Shown: in pieces, positions 50,090-59,880 of the stretch
Numbering within the stretch: position 1 is the stretch's first letter
Layout: every line of letters starts with the position of its first letter
Assembly: GCA_963677485.1 (NCBI GenBank)
Contig: OY781964.1
Location: 1,920,001-1,984,000 of the forward strand
DNA from: Armatimonadota bacterium
GTDB taxonomy: Bacteria; Armatimonadota; HRBIN16
Direction: 5' to 3'
Length of the DNA: 64,000 bases
The notes under the pieces: model-generated
The model's input: only the letters and a program-made list of their open reading frames with translations
Database searches by the model: none
Told to the model about the DNA's origin: nothing
Translations under genes and position numbers: made by a program

Positions 50090-53000
50090 ATGTTCACCCT
50101 TAACCGTCTCGCAGCTATGCTCACTCTGGCCATTTTAGCTAGCTCATTGGTGTCGGCACATCCGCTGGACAGCTCTGGCTGGCGGCTGTGGCTGGATAAG
50201 GCGGCCGTCTGGCAGAACGATACGCTCTATATGCCCGATGAAGTGAACCTGCCCCAGATGCCAGTCAACCCTCCCACCGGCGGCTGGTCGGTGCTGAATG
50301 AACAAGCGGGTAAAGCGGTGAGCCTGCCCAGCACGGTGGAGGAGCACTACTGGGGTGCAGATGGGCTCAAGGCGTATCAGGGCGAATATGCGTTTGAAGC
50401 CGATGACCCCACCCCGAAAATCGGCAACTACAAAGGCGTGAGCTGGTGGTGGCGAAGCTTCGAGACCCCCAAACTCAAGCCCGGGCAGCGGGCGATCATC
50501 AGTTCCCGTGGGGCCAGGCTACGCGCGGAGGTCTACTGCAACGGCAAGCTAGTGGGCTACACCATCATGACCGAGCTGCCCTTCGAGGCGGATGTCACCT
50601 CGGCACTGCGTACCGACGGCCCGAACAGACTGGCGGTGCGCATCACCAACCCGGGCGGGCGCCTGGACTGGATCGACCCGGCCACAACCAAATGGGGAAA
50701 GTATGATATCCCCAACTCCCATGGGTTTGGCGGTCTGGATGCGGGCATTGAACTGGACGTGCGCGATGAGGTTGAAGTCTGTGACCTGGCCATACTGAAC
50801 CGGGCCGACCCCCGATCTGTGATCATCAAATCGACCCTTCGCAGCCACGGAGCTGCCTACCAAGGCCCGGTACACTACAGCATCGCTGACAGCGAGGGTA
50901 AGCTGGTCTGGCAGGTGGAGGTTCCCACCAGCATTCAAGCCGACGGCCAAGCTCAGCAGGTCATCACTGCCAGGGTTCCCTCGGCCAGCCTATGGAATCT
51001 TGATACACCCATCCTGTATACCGCCACCGCGAAGATACCTACGCTGGAGAACAGTTCGAAAAAGACCCGCTTTGGGTTCCGCTGGTTCTGCCCGGAGGGG
51101 ATCGGCAGCGATGCCACTCTGCGGCTGAACAACAAGCGGATCGTGCTGCGCAGTGCCATCAGTTGGGGCTTTTGGGGCATCAACGGCTTGTGGCCTACCA
51201 AAGAACTGGCCATTAAAGAGGTAGAAAGTGCCAAAACACTGGGCTTGAACTGCCTTCAAGCCCACCGGAACCTGGCGAAACCAGAGGAGCTGGCGGTGCA
51301 GGATGAGCGCGGTCTGCTGCGTTACGTGGAGCCAGGCGCCGGGTTATATGCGGTGCAGAACGGCTCCGAGCAGCCAGCCGGTGAACCGCTGGATACCTCG
51401 GGTGTGGGCGGCGAACCGACCAGCTTCACCCAGAAATACGCGGTCGCGAAGACACTGGCGATGGTCCAACGCGACCGCAGCCATCCCAGCGTGATCATCT
51501 ACTGTATCCAAAACGAGTTCGAGCCCTCGGTGCGCACGCGGAGCATCTACTATCTCATCAACGAGATGAAGAAGATCGACCCCAGCCGTTTGATTTATCT
51601 GCATAGCGGGATCAAACCCGTTGGACAGGTGTTCTCTATGCCATATAACGACAAAATCGCGGTTGACCCAGAGGGCAACGGCACCGCGGGGTTGTTTGAT
51701 GAGCACACCGTGGGCGGACCGGGCAACTGGCAGGACAGCCTGTATACCGGGCCAAACGGCCAGTGGTCGCATTCCAGCGGTAATAAGAAGGACATCGTGG
51801 TCTGGGGCGAAATGCTGGGCGTGGCCTCGCCAGATGACCACCAGAAGATTGTGGAGTGGTACACCAAAAACAACCGTACGGGATATGATCTACTCGACCA
51901 CCAGCAGATTCTCGACTCCACCAACAAGTTCCTCGACCAGTATGGCTTCCGCAAGGCCTACCCCACTGCCTCGCAGCTCTACCAGAGCATCGGCCGCAAG
52001 AGTTACGTCTTCTGGCAGAGGCTGACCGAAAACATCCGCATCAGCGACGCGGTGGACTACATGGTCATCAGCGGCTGGGAGAGCACGTCGATAGAGAATC
52101 ACAGCGGGCTGGTCGATGCGCATCGCAACCTGAGGTCTGACCCCAAGCCGATGCAGGCCGCCACGGCTCCAAGCCTGCTGGTCATCCGCCCGCGCAGGTT
52201 CACCATCGGGAAGGGCGACACCGCGGTGGTGGATATCCATATGGTGAATGAGACCAATCTGTTCGGCAAGTATACACTCCAATTTGAAGCCACCGATGCC
52301 AAGGGTAGAATAGATAGATTCACGCGTGACGTGTCGTTGGAGGGTGGCGACAAATTCGGTCAGTTGCTGTGTGCTGATATTCAGATACGCTCACGGATGG
52401 CAGGCGAACTCAGCCTGAAGGCGACGCTGACCGATCCCAGACTCCGCCGCACGGTGCTGAGCAGTACTCAACTGATATTGGTGATCGACACGAAACCGAC
52501 CGCTTTGAAGAAGATAGTGATGCTGGCCCGAGGCAGCGAAGGGCTGGGTGAATGGGTCAAGAGTTCGGGCGGCAGCGTGTTCCCCATGACCTCAAGCGCG
52601 GTGCCGGATGCCGTGCTGCTGGGTACAGGGGCGTGGGCTGCGAGTACCGCCCATGTGACCGAGTCCATATCGGGCACAGAGGAGCCGGAGCTTTACCGGC
52701 ATCAGCCGTTTGGCACGAATCCGCTGGTGCTAACCCAAAGCGGTCTGTCCAAAGGTAAATGCCAAGTGGAGTTCAATCTCAGCGAAAACTTTTGGGACGC
52801 GCCAGGCAAGCGCGTGTTCGACCTCGCGCTGAACGGCCAAACCGTGCTGTGGTCGTTCGATATCTTCCGTGAGGCGGGCGGGAAATTCAAAGCCATCGTG
52901 AAGCGCTTCTCCGTGGAGTGTCCCGATGGGGTTCTGACCATCACTCTGCCCAAGGTGACGATCGACAACTTCAGCTTTGGGGCCATTCGCATCACCGATG

Positions 53001-53578
53001 CTGCTGGCAAGTGCTTCCGGTATACGGGCAACTCCACGCCTTACACCGACAAGTCAGGCGCGGTGTGGCAGCCATTGGTGAACACCCCAGTAGAACAGAA
53101 GGAGTTCCAGGCCTTGCTCGACAATTTCGTGCAGCGATACGGCAAAACGCTGGTGATGATCTCCGATGACGCTGCCCAGGCGCGCACGAATGCGCAGATG
53201 CTGGCTCAAGCCGGTGTTTGGAAACTGCAGGGGTTTGTGGGCGGCAGCCGGGCCTCGTGGATGGGTAGCTGGTATTTCAACCGGCCCCATGCGCTGTTTG
53301 CTGGTCTGCCCAGCGGCGTCTGCCTGGATGACCGCACTCAGGTGACCGTTGATAACACCGAGGGGTACCTGGCGGAGGCCGCCGGCATGGAGGTGGTGAT
53401 GGGTTACAGCCGTGACCATGACCGCAACATCGGCATCGGCGGTGCGGTGATAACATACGGCAAAGGCAAGGTGGTGATACTCAGCCTGCCAGGAATGGTC
53501 AGCGCGCTGCACGGCAACGGCAGCCGCATCAACCCCGAATATGCCCGACGGCTGGTGTTCAACGCCCTGCGGCTGTAG
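50090..53578 (+). CDS. Secreted GH2-family glycoside hydrolase with malectin domain
   Basis: YKGVSWW.R.F, RFGFRWF, RDRSHPSVIIYCIQNE and malectin-like GKRVFDLALNG...FDIFREAGG; start placed at MFTLN. Confidence 0.85.
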   Translation: MFTLNRLAAMLTLAILASSLVSAHPLDSSGWRLWLDKAAVWQNDTLYMPDEVNLPQMPVNPPTGGWSVLNEQAGKAVSLPSTVEEHYWGADGLKAYQGEYAFEADDPTPKIGNYKGVSWWWRSFETPKLKPGQRAIISSRGARLRAEVYCNGKLVGYTIMTELPFEADVTSALRTDGPNRLAVRITNPGGRLDWIDPATTKWGKYDIPNSHGFGGLDAGIELDVRDEVEVCDLAILNRADPRSVIIKSTLRSHGAAYQGPVHYSIADSEGKLVWQVEVPTSIQADGQAQQVITARVPSASLWNLDTPILYTATAKIPTLENSSKKTRFGFRWFCPEGIGSDATLRLNNKRIVLRSAISWGFWGINGLWPTKELAIKEVESAKTLGLNCLQAHRNLAKPEELAVQDERGLLRYVEPGAGLYAVQNGSEQPAGEPLDTSGVGGEPTSFTQKYAVAKTLAMVQRDRSHPSVIIYCIQNEFEPSVRTRSIYYLINEMKKIDPSRLIYLHSGIKPVGQVFSMPYNDKIAVDPEGNGTAGLFDEHTVGGPGNWQDSLYTGPNGQWSHSSGNKKDIVVWGEMLGVASPDDHQKIVEWYTKNNRTGYDLLDHQQILDSTNKFLDQYGFRKAYPTASQLYQSIGRKSYVFWQRLTENIRISDAVDYMVISGWESTSIENHSGLVDAHRNLRSDPKPMQAATAPSLLVIRPRRFTIGKGDTAVVDIHMVNETNLFGKYTLQFEATDAKGRIDRFTRDVSLEGGDKFGQLLCADIQIRSRMAGELSLKATLTDPRLRRTVLSSTQLILVIDTKPTALKKIVMLARGSEGLGEWVKSSGGSVFPMTSSAVPDAVLLGTGAWAASTAHVTESISGTEEPELYRHQPFGTNPLVLTQSGLSKGKCQVEFNLSENFWDAPGKRVFDLALNGQTVLWSFDIFREAGGKFKAIVKRFSVECPDGVLTITLPKVTIDNFSFGAIRITDAAGKCFRYTGNSTPYTDKSGAVWQPLVNTPVEQKEFQALLDNFVQRYGKTLVMISDDAAQARTNAQMLAQAGVWKLQGFVGGSRASWMGSWYFNRPHALFAGLPSGVCLDDRTQVTVDNTEGYLAEAAGMEVVMGYSRDHDRNIGIGGAVITYGKGKVVILSLPGMVSALHGNGSRINPEYARRLVFNALRL

Positions 53579-53642
53579 ATGCGGTTAGGGGGTGTGGGGG
53601 GTACGCGATGAATGGATCGATCGGTCGAATCCGACCGATCGT

Positions 53643-53795
53643 GTAGGGGCGACCGGCGGTCGCCTGCCATTGCCATCGGTATAATCCGTCCCATCCGTCG
53701 GATTCCCGGATTGTCTGAACCACGGATTACGCGGATTGCACGGATTGGTTCGGATGGGAAGGGAGGCCAATCGGGAGATTGGCGTTCCCAGGGGG
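53643..53795 (+). repeat. GTAG REP plus family A core outside the array
   Basis: GTAGGGGCGACCGGCGGTCGCC, then CCGGATTGTCTGAACCACGGATTACGCGGAT...GCCAATCGGGAGATTGGCGTTCCC. Confidence 0.85.
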
Positions 53796-53844
53796 ACGGA
53801 ACCACACCACGTTTCATCCGTGGATAAAGAACCGCGCCGAAAGC

Positions 53845-55134
53845 TTACTCGAGCTTCGCGCCCTCCACGATCCGGCTGAAACCGCCCAGGAAGGGGCGCA
53901 GCGACTCGGGGATCAGGATGCTGCCATCGGCCTGCTGGTAGTTCTCCATGATGGCGATCATCACGCGGGGAAGCGCCAGTCCAGAGCCGTTCAGCGTGTG
54001 CAGATACTCGGGCTTGGCACCCGCTTCCGCACGGTAGCGGATGTTCGCACGCCGGGCCTGGAAATCCATGAAGTTGCTGCAACTGCTGACCTCAAGCCAC
54101 TCCGCGCAGCCAGCCGCCCACAGTTCCACATCGTATTTCATCGCCGCGGTAAAGCTCAGGTCGCCGGTACACATCTGAAGCAGGCGATAGGGCAGTCCAA
54201 GCACCTTCGCCACATCGATGGCGTCGTTCACCAGCTTGTCAAGCTCCTCAACACTCGTTTCGGGCGTGACCAGCTTCACCATCTCCACCTTGTCAAACTG
54301 GTGGCCGCGTTTGATGCCGCGCACATCGCGCCCCGCCGACATCTTTTCACGGCGGAAGCAGGCGGTATAAGCCACATACTTCACCGGCAGCTCCGAGGCG
54401 TCCAGTATCTCGTCACGGTGGAAGTTCGTCACTGGCACCTCAGCGGTGGGAATCCACCAGAGGTCTTCCTCGGCGTCGTGGTAGAGGTTGTCGCCGAACT
54501 TCGGCAGGTTGCCCGTGCCCACCAGCGCCTCTTGCTTGACCATGTAAGGCGGGTAGAGCTCCGTATATCCGTGCTGAGTGGTGTGCAGGGTGAGCATGAA
54601 GTTGATGACCGCGCGCTGAAGCGCCGCACCAGCGCCGCGCAGCACGTAGAACCGCGACCCGCTGATCTTCACCCCGCGCTCGAAGTCGATGATGCCCAGC
54701 TTCTCCGCCAGTTCCCAGTGGGGTTTTGGCTCGAAGTCGAACTGAGGCAGCTCTTGCTGCTGGTAGGTGACCACATTCTCGGTGTCGTCCTTGCCGATGG
54801 GCACAGAGGGGTGCGGCAGGTTGGGCACGCGCAGCATCTGCTCGTCAAAGCTCTGAGCGATGCTCACCAGCTCCGCCTCGAGGGCCGACACCTTGTCACC
54901 CACCTCGCGCATCGCGGCGATTTTGGCCTTCTTTTCCCCTGGCTCCTTAATGCGAGGGATCTCTTTGCTGACGGTGTTGCGCTCCGCGCGCAGCACGTCG
55001 ATCTCGGTCATCAGCTCACGGCGTTTGACGTCGATGCTGATGAGGTTGTCCACCATCGCGGGGTCTTCGCCCAGCGCACTCAACCCCTGCTTCACAAGGT
55101 TTGGATTTTCACGGATCAAGCGGATATCAAGCAT
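53845..55134 (-). CDS. serS: Serine--tRNA ligase
   Basis: MLDIRLIREN, IPTAEVP, FRRE, GIKRGHQFDKVE and HTLNGSGLA. Confidence 0.98.
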   Translation of the reverse strand: MLDIRLIRENPNLVKQGLSALGEDPAMVDNLISIDVKRRELMTEIDVLRAERNTVSKEIPRIKEPGEKKAKIAAMREVGDKVSALEAELVSIAQSFDEQMLRVPNLPHPSVPIGKDDTENVVTYQQQELPQFDFEPKPHWELAEKLGIIDFERGVKISGSRFYVLRGAGAALQRAVINFMLTLHTTQHGYTELYPPYMVKQEALVGTGNLPKFGDNLYHDAEEDLWWIPTAEVPVTNFHRDEILDASELPVKYVAYTACFRREKMSAGRDVRGIKRGHQFDKVEMVKLVTPETSVEELDKLVNDAIDVAKVLGLPYRLLQMCTGDLSFTAAMKYDVELWAAGCAEWLEVSSCSNFMDFQARRANIRYRAEAGAKPEYLHTLNGSGLALPRVMIAIMENYQQADGSILIPESLRPFLGGFSRIVEGAKLE

Positions 55135-55282
55135 GGCGGCACTCCCAGTGTGGTGTATTGTTCTATGATAGTAGTATATCATTCTGAGGAAATGCTGGCC
55201 GTGAGAACCCGTCTCACGCGAAGACGCGAAGGCGCGAAGGGGAGGCTGTGGCGGCACCTCGGTATGATGGGGCGATCGGCGA

Positions 55283-55503
55283 TTACCCTCGATGAATCGA
55301 GGGGCTTTCCCAACGCCCGCCGGAACGCGGGCCGGTATTGATCAGCGATGGGTGATAGTGCCCGTACCGGGACGAAGTCACGGACGGGCCACCGAACCCG
55401 TCGCCAAAGGCCGGTGGCCCATATCGATTCCGGTCAGCCACGCTGCCGCGGGTTTAGTCACCCCACGGGACTGGCGTCCCTAAGGGGTTCCTGCACCGCA
55501 CGG
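55283..55503 (-). repeat. Dispersed repeat family C copy
   Basis: Homologous to 3222..3428; ends in the hairpin CCCTCGATTCATCGAGGG. Confidence 0.7.
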
Positions 55504-55577
55504 CTGATCATTAGCGGCCGGTGTCGCTACGCTCCGACCGGCGCAGAGAGGCTGCATCCCACTAACGTCCCACCGCC

Positions 55578-55606
55578 TTGACAACCCTAATTGAAAAGGG
55601 TATTGT
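55578..55606 (+). promoter_or_regulatory. Sigma70-type promoter of the orphan operon
   Basis: TTGACA-17 bp-TATTGT. Confidence 0.6.
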
Positions 55607-55718
55607 AACTCAGAGAAGAAAAACAATGCCAGACTTTTGCTGACTTGTGAAATCAATCGCAGCTAACAAACCAAGAAACCTGGCAGGCCGATGCATGTAG
55701 ACAGGAGGCTGAGCGGAA

Positions 55719-56348
55719 ATGAACGTATCCCGCATATGGATTATGGCTGTCCTCGCCACGTCCATCGTGCTCACGGGTTGCGGAGGCGGTCGCCAGCTCA
55801 CAAAAGACGACGTCAGACAGACCGAGCGGCTAGCATATTCACTGATCACAGCTCTACAGACCAACAACTATCGGGTTCTTCAGAGCATATCGGTCCCCGG
55901 GCAATGGCTGAACACACAAGCAGCCATGTCTTCACTAAGTTCCGATACAAGCTACGGTAGATATTGGCGCAGGACGCTGCTGAGTGATAACCCAACGGTC
56001 ACATCTAAGCTATTCAAGGCCATGAAATCATATCCTGGAGATATCGTTCGAGGTTATATCACGATGCACATCACGGAAGCGTCAAAGGCGAAATATGATT
56101 CGTATGCCATCGTGAAGTTTCGATACAGCACCACGAAGCCAGAAGCACTGATCCCATTGTTGAAGATTAAAGGGAAGTGGTTTGTTTTAGATATGCCCAC
56201 AGCGAACACACGGTTGCTTAAATTCACTACCATAGTAGATGCCTACAATAGCAGCAACACGGACTGGGAAGTCCGTGAGGACTTCACTAAAGAGCTGCGT
56301 CGCATATTTAGACCTGATGATCAGATGCTGAGAGGTACCGGGAAATGA
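55719..56348 (+). CDS. Hypothetical lipoprotein
   Basis: Lipobox VLTGC; CAGGAGG RBS; NTF2-like tail L.KIKGKWFV. Confidence 0.75.
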   Translation: MNVSRIWIMAVLATSIVLTGCGGGRQLTKDDVRQTERLAYSLITALQTNNYRVLQSISVPGQWLNTQAAMSSLSSDTSYGRYWRRTLLSDNPTVTSKLFKAMKSYPGDIVRGYITMHITEASKAKYDSYAIVKFRYSTTKPEALIPLLKIKGKWFVLDMPTANTRLLKFTTIVDAYNSSNTDWEVREDFTKELRRIFRPDDQMLRGTGK

Positions 56349-56767
56349 CGAAGAAGACTATCATTACCAAAGTTATTAGCACGATCGTACTGGGTATTAT
56401 CATGGGTATGCTGACCGCATATAGCTGTTGGGTGTCATACCAGACTGGCAATGTTTCACACCTTGATTCAGACTCTATCTTGTTGCAGTTTGCCGTGGCC
56501 ATATACATAGTGTGGGTAGCTCCAAATGCGTATCTCAGTTTCGCCGCATATATGCTCGGTCATGCCATTGGCTTCCTTAGGACCATCCCAATGCTGCTTA
56601 ATGTACAGGTTGTTGATATTCTACCAGTTCCTGACTACTTCGACTTCGATGGGTTTATCTCGTTTCCATTATTACCCGCTCTGATTACGCTGGTAGTGCG
56701 AAGACTCCCTCACTGGGTGAGGTTCGTCTGGGCAAAAGTGGCTAAGTTGTCAAAAGGGGTGGAGTAA
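56345..56767 (+). CDS. Hypothetical membrane protein
   Basis: ATGA overlap with the upstream gene; about four TMs. Confidence 0.7.
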   Translation: MTKKTIITKVISTIVLGIIMGMLTAYSCWVSYQTGNVSHLDSDSILLQFAVAIYIVWVAPNAYLSFAAYMLGHAIGFLRTIPMLLNVQVVDILPVPDYFDFDGFISFPLLPALITLVVRRLPHWVRFVWAKVAKLSKGVE

Positions 56768-56812
56768 ATTGGGTACCTTTGTCATATCATTGCATAACGA
56801 CAGCTCGATAGG

Positions 56813-57472
56813 ATGGTCACACGCATGAACACTTCCGGGATACGGCGCAACCAGGACCGCTGGCATACACTGAAACTGAGCTGCATCGCCAGGATCGCCA
56901 AAACGGATGGCGCGTTGGGAAACACCATCCTGGCCTGCCTGCTCATCCTGCTGGCGGACATCATCTGTGTGTTCGTCACAGAGTCATACCTGGCCTGTGT
57001 GGCTGTCAACACGTTGACAGTGGTGGTGTGGGCCGCAGCCAGGCGCGCTCATTACCAGGTTGTGCTGCCAGCTACGTTGGCGGCGGCCAGTTTGGCTTTG
57101 GTAGTTCGTCTGTGCTATGACCCATTTTTCATGATGTGTACCTTCTGGACGGCCAATTTCATCATCGCACTACGTCCTGACATGTTTCAACACTGGCGGT
57201 ATCATAAAGCATTATTACCTGCCGTAGCAATGATCTCTGGTATGGCTATCCTCGCGCTTCTGCCATTTCTACCGAAGGATGTGTATTACTCGAGAGAACA
57301 CCACTTGGTTCCTGAAGGGGTATTATTTGCTATAGGGGCTGATGTTGGCCGTAGAATTATGAAACAAGTGAGCGAAAGGGTTCATGGTAGTGAAGATGAG
57401 GAGGACGAGGAAGCCGAGGATATAAATACACTCAGCAACACCTCATCACTGCTACCTGGAGATGGTGCGTAA
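56813..57472 (+). CDS. Hypothetical membrane protein with acidic tail
   Basis: Several hydrophobic helices; EDEEDEEAED tail. Confidence 0.6.
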   Translation: MVTRMNTSGIRRNQDRWHTLKLSCIARIAKTDGALGNTILACLLILLADIICVFVTESYLACVAVNTLTVVVWAAARRAHYQVVLPATLAAASLALVVRLCYDPFFMMCTFWTANFIIALRPDMFQHWRYHKALLPAVAMISGMAILALLPFLPKDVYYSREHHLVPEGVLFAIGADVGRRIMKQVSERVHGSEDEEDEEAEDINTLSNTSSLLPGDGA

Positions 57473-57514
57473 TGGTCGTTGAACGAAACTCCTCAGCCAT
57501 GATCACAATCAAGC

Positions 57515-58462
57515 ATGTTAGTTACTGGCAGGGTTGCTGATATGAGAGTCATGCGTTGGATTGCGGGAATATTGGGGTTGATCTATATCTGCGTCGTCAT
57601 TCCGATGTTTTACCCAGACTTACTACTTCCGGTGGCTAAAGGGTTATCAGGGCACTATTACTTTTTTAGTAGTGACTACAATCTCCGGTGCTACGACCTG
57701 TCGAAGCCGCGGCGCTCATACCCAGTCTACACACCCACTGGCGGCGAGAGAATCAGGGCATATGATGTCAGCTACAACAACACCAGGCTAGTCGCCAAAT
57801 TCTACGACCCAACAAGCCGCAAAAGTGAAGTCCGCTGGTATGATATCCGCGACATGAAGCTTGTGAATGAGCATATGCCCCACCGTTCCATACCTGTCTC
57901 CGACAATGCCAACGACTTGTGCATCAGTCCCGACGGAAAGACATGCATTCTGACATATGACTACCCAATTGTCGAGTCCAATAAGAACCCAGACTACGTG
58001 GTTCTTGATCTAGAAAACGGGAAACAAACTGACATGGTTCTACCGTTGTATTACTCATGGCCGTATTACTCATGGCAAGTGCCCAAATGGGATGCTACTG
58101 GGCGTCGATTGAGCTATGAAGACAAATGGGGACATACAGTGATATACGACACCGTTAGTAAGTCAGTAAGAGTACTGCCCGATAGCGTGAATTCATGTAT
58201 CTCACCGAATCTGCAGCTCTTGTATGAAGGGACGAATATTCGGAAGCTTGATGACAATAGTGATACCCCCATCAGTACTGACACAATCCTGATGGACCGT
58301 TCTCCCGATCATCTAGTACATTGGTCTCCCGACAGCCAAGGCTTCGACTACCATAGGTTATTCTGGCCGCGGTATGCCTTGCTATACTATGACATTAAAT
58401 CTAGGAGATTCTATCGTATGCCAGTGCCGTACAGTGGGTTGTTTACGAGGTGGGTAAAGTAG
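57515..58462 (+). CDS. Membrane-anchored TolB/WD40-like beta-propeller protein
   Basis: ISPDGK, PKWD..G..L.Y and WSPDSQ repeats after an N-terminal TM. Confidence 0.7.
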   Translation: MLVTGRVADMRVMRWIAGILGLIYICVVIPMFYPDLLLPVAKGLSGHYYFFSSDYNLRCYDLSKPRRSYPVYTPTGGERIRAYDVSYNNTRLVAKFYDPTSRKSEVRWYDIRDMKLVNEHMPHRSIPVSDNANDLCISPDGKTCILTYDYPIVESNKNPDYVVLDLENGKQTDMVLPLYYSWPYYSWQVPKWDATGRRLSYEDKWGHTVIYDTVSKSVRVLPDSVNSCISPNLQLLYEGTNIRKLDDNSDTPISTDTILMDRSPDHLVHWSPDSQGFDYHRLFWPRYALLYYDIKSRRFYRMPVPYSGLFTRWVK

Positions 58463-58764
58463 TGAGAGACGGTGGCAGGGCCACCAAATGCTGCATTGCA
58501 ACCTGCCACCACGCGCTAAAGCACAGATTATTACCCACAAATATTGCATGGGAGCCACCCTCAGGTTATAAATCGATTATTGGCCAGTCGCGGTCTATAG
58601 ACCAGCCAATTACCCACAAATCCAGATTGGGATCGTATCGACCATGTGCCGAGACATTAATGTCGCGGAATCGGTGACCTACAGGCCAGGCAATATTTAT
58701 GGTTAATAAACTGCGCCTTAACGCATTACCCCCTCCCTTCGCAGCGCGAAGGGAGGGGGTTTCG

Positions 58765-59823
58765 TTACCTCACCCAGATCATCTCTTTACTGGGCAGCAC
58801 GGGGAACACGCCATGCGGTTCGGACTGGTACCACTGCGCCAGCGAGCTGATGTCGTCGCGCAGAGGCTGGAAGTGCCCCTCCTGCCACCATCCGAGTGCT
58901 TGCATGGTCACCTTAAGGTCTTGCTTGAACCGGATGGGGTCCATGATGTGCCAGCGGTAGAGCTCAAACGCGGCGGGCTTGCTCTCCGACCGTCGCGCCA
59001 TCGGCATGCCGAGGAAAGGGGTGTTGAAGACCTCCTCCTTGTTGTCCTTGCCGTAAAATCCCCAGGCACCGCCGAAATAGTCCTCAGTTCCTGTGCCGCA
59101 GATGGTGGGATACTGACCGTCACCATCCATGAAGAATTTGATCTCGCCCTCGCCCCACCAGCCGACGCTCAGGCTCATCCAGCTCAGGAAGGTGCCCACA
59201 TAGTGACCCTGCCCTTTCACGCCATCGAGTATCACATGCTCCGGGTTATCCATGGGGGTCACGCTGCGGCGCCACTGCGCGTGCAGGTAGGCGGCGTCAT
59301 CCGGCACTTGCTGAAGCGAGTAATTAATCTGGTAATACACGCTGCCGATGGGGCTGCCCCAGGTGTTCTCCATGGTGATGCGGCAGTGCTTGCGGAAGGG
59401 CATCGGCCAGTAGCTGTTGAAACCGCTGCTGGGGTTGACCACAATCGGCATCGAGACCACGTTATGCTTATCGCCTTGACCGTGGCAGAAGAAGTCGCCA
59501 AATGGTGTTTCGATGGAGGGCGTCTCCTCATGATCCCAGTAAAACCGCAGGATGCAGGTGCGCATCGCGAGCGAATCCGAGGTGATCCATATCTGTTGAA
59601 TCAGCCCAGGACCGTCTATCTCCGCCAGCGTGACGGTGCTGTTGGCCGGAATCGGTATGTACGGGCGGACTTTCCAGCCCTCGCCCAGCACACCGCCGGG
59701 TTCGCCAGGAGCCGGTATCGCGCGGGCGCCCCCGCCTTTTGCGCCGGTGGGGTTCTCCGCATTGATGCTGCGGGAATCGGCATCGCTCAGAAGAGCGATA
59801 TTAGAAAGACTGCTTATGAACAT
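58765..59823 (-). CDS. DUF2961 / GH172 family glycoside hydrolase, copy 1
   Basis: RSINAENPTG, NSYWPMPF, WWGEGE.KF and GTGTEDYF. Confidence 0.9.
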   Translation of the reverse strand: MFISSLSNIALLSDADSRSINAENPTGAKGGGARAIPAPGEPGGVLGEGWKVRPYIPIPANSTVTLAEIDGPGLIQQIWITSDSLAMRTCILRFYWDHEETPSIETPFGDFFCHGQGDKHNVVSMPIVVNPSSGFNSYWPMPFRKHCRITMENTWGSPIGSVYYQINYSLQQVPDDAAYLHAQWRRSVTPMDNPEHVILDGVKGQGHYVGTFLSWMSLSVGWWGEGEIKFFMDGDGQYPTICGTGTEDYFGGAWGFYGKDNKEEVFNTPFLGMPMARRSESKPAAFELYRWHIMDPIRFKQDLKVTMQALGWWQEGHFQPLRDDISSLAQWYQSEPHGVFPVLPSKEMIWVR

Positions 59824-59880
59824 CGAATTATGACCTCCATGTAGGGGCATCGCGTGCGGTGCCCCATCACAAGACGCTAA

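Noticed and set aside
53779-55341. 520-aa plus-strand ORF
   Set aside because: Antisense shadow of serS.
55135-55510. T-box riboswitch upstream of serS
   Set aside because: No T-box consensus (GGTGGNACCGCG) seen; the region is made of repeats found elsewhere.
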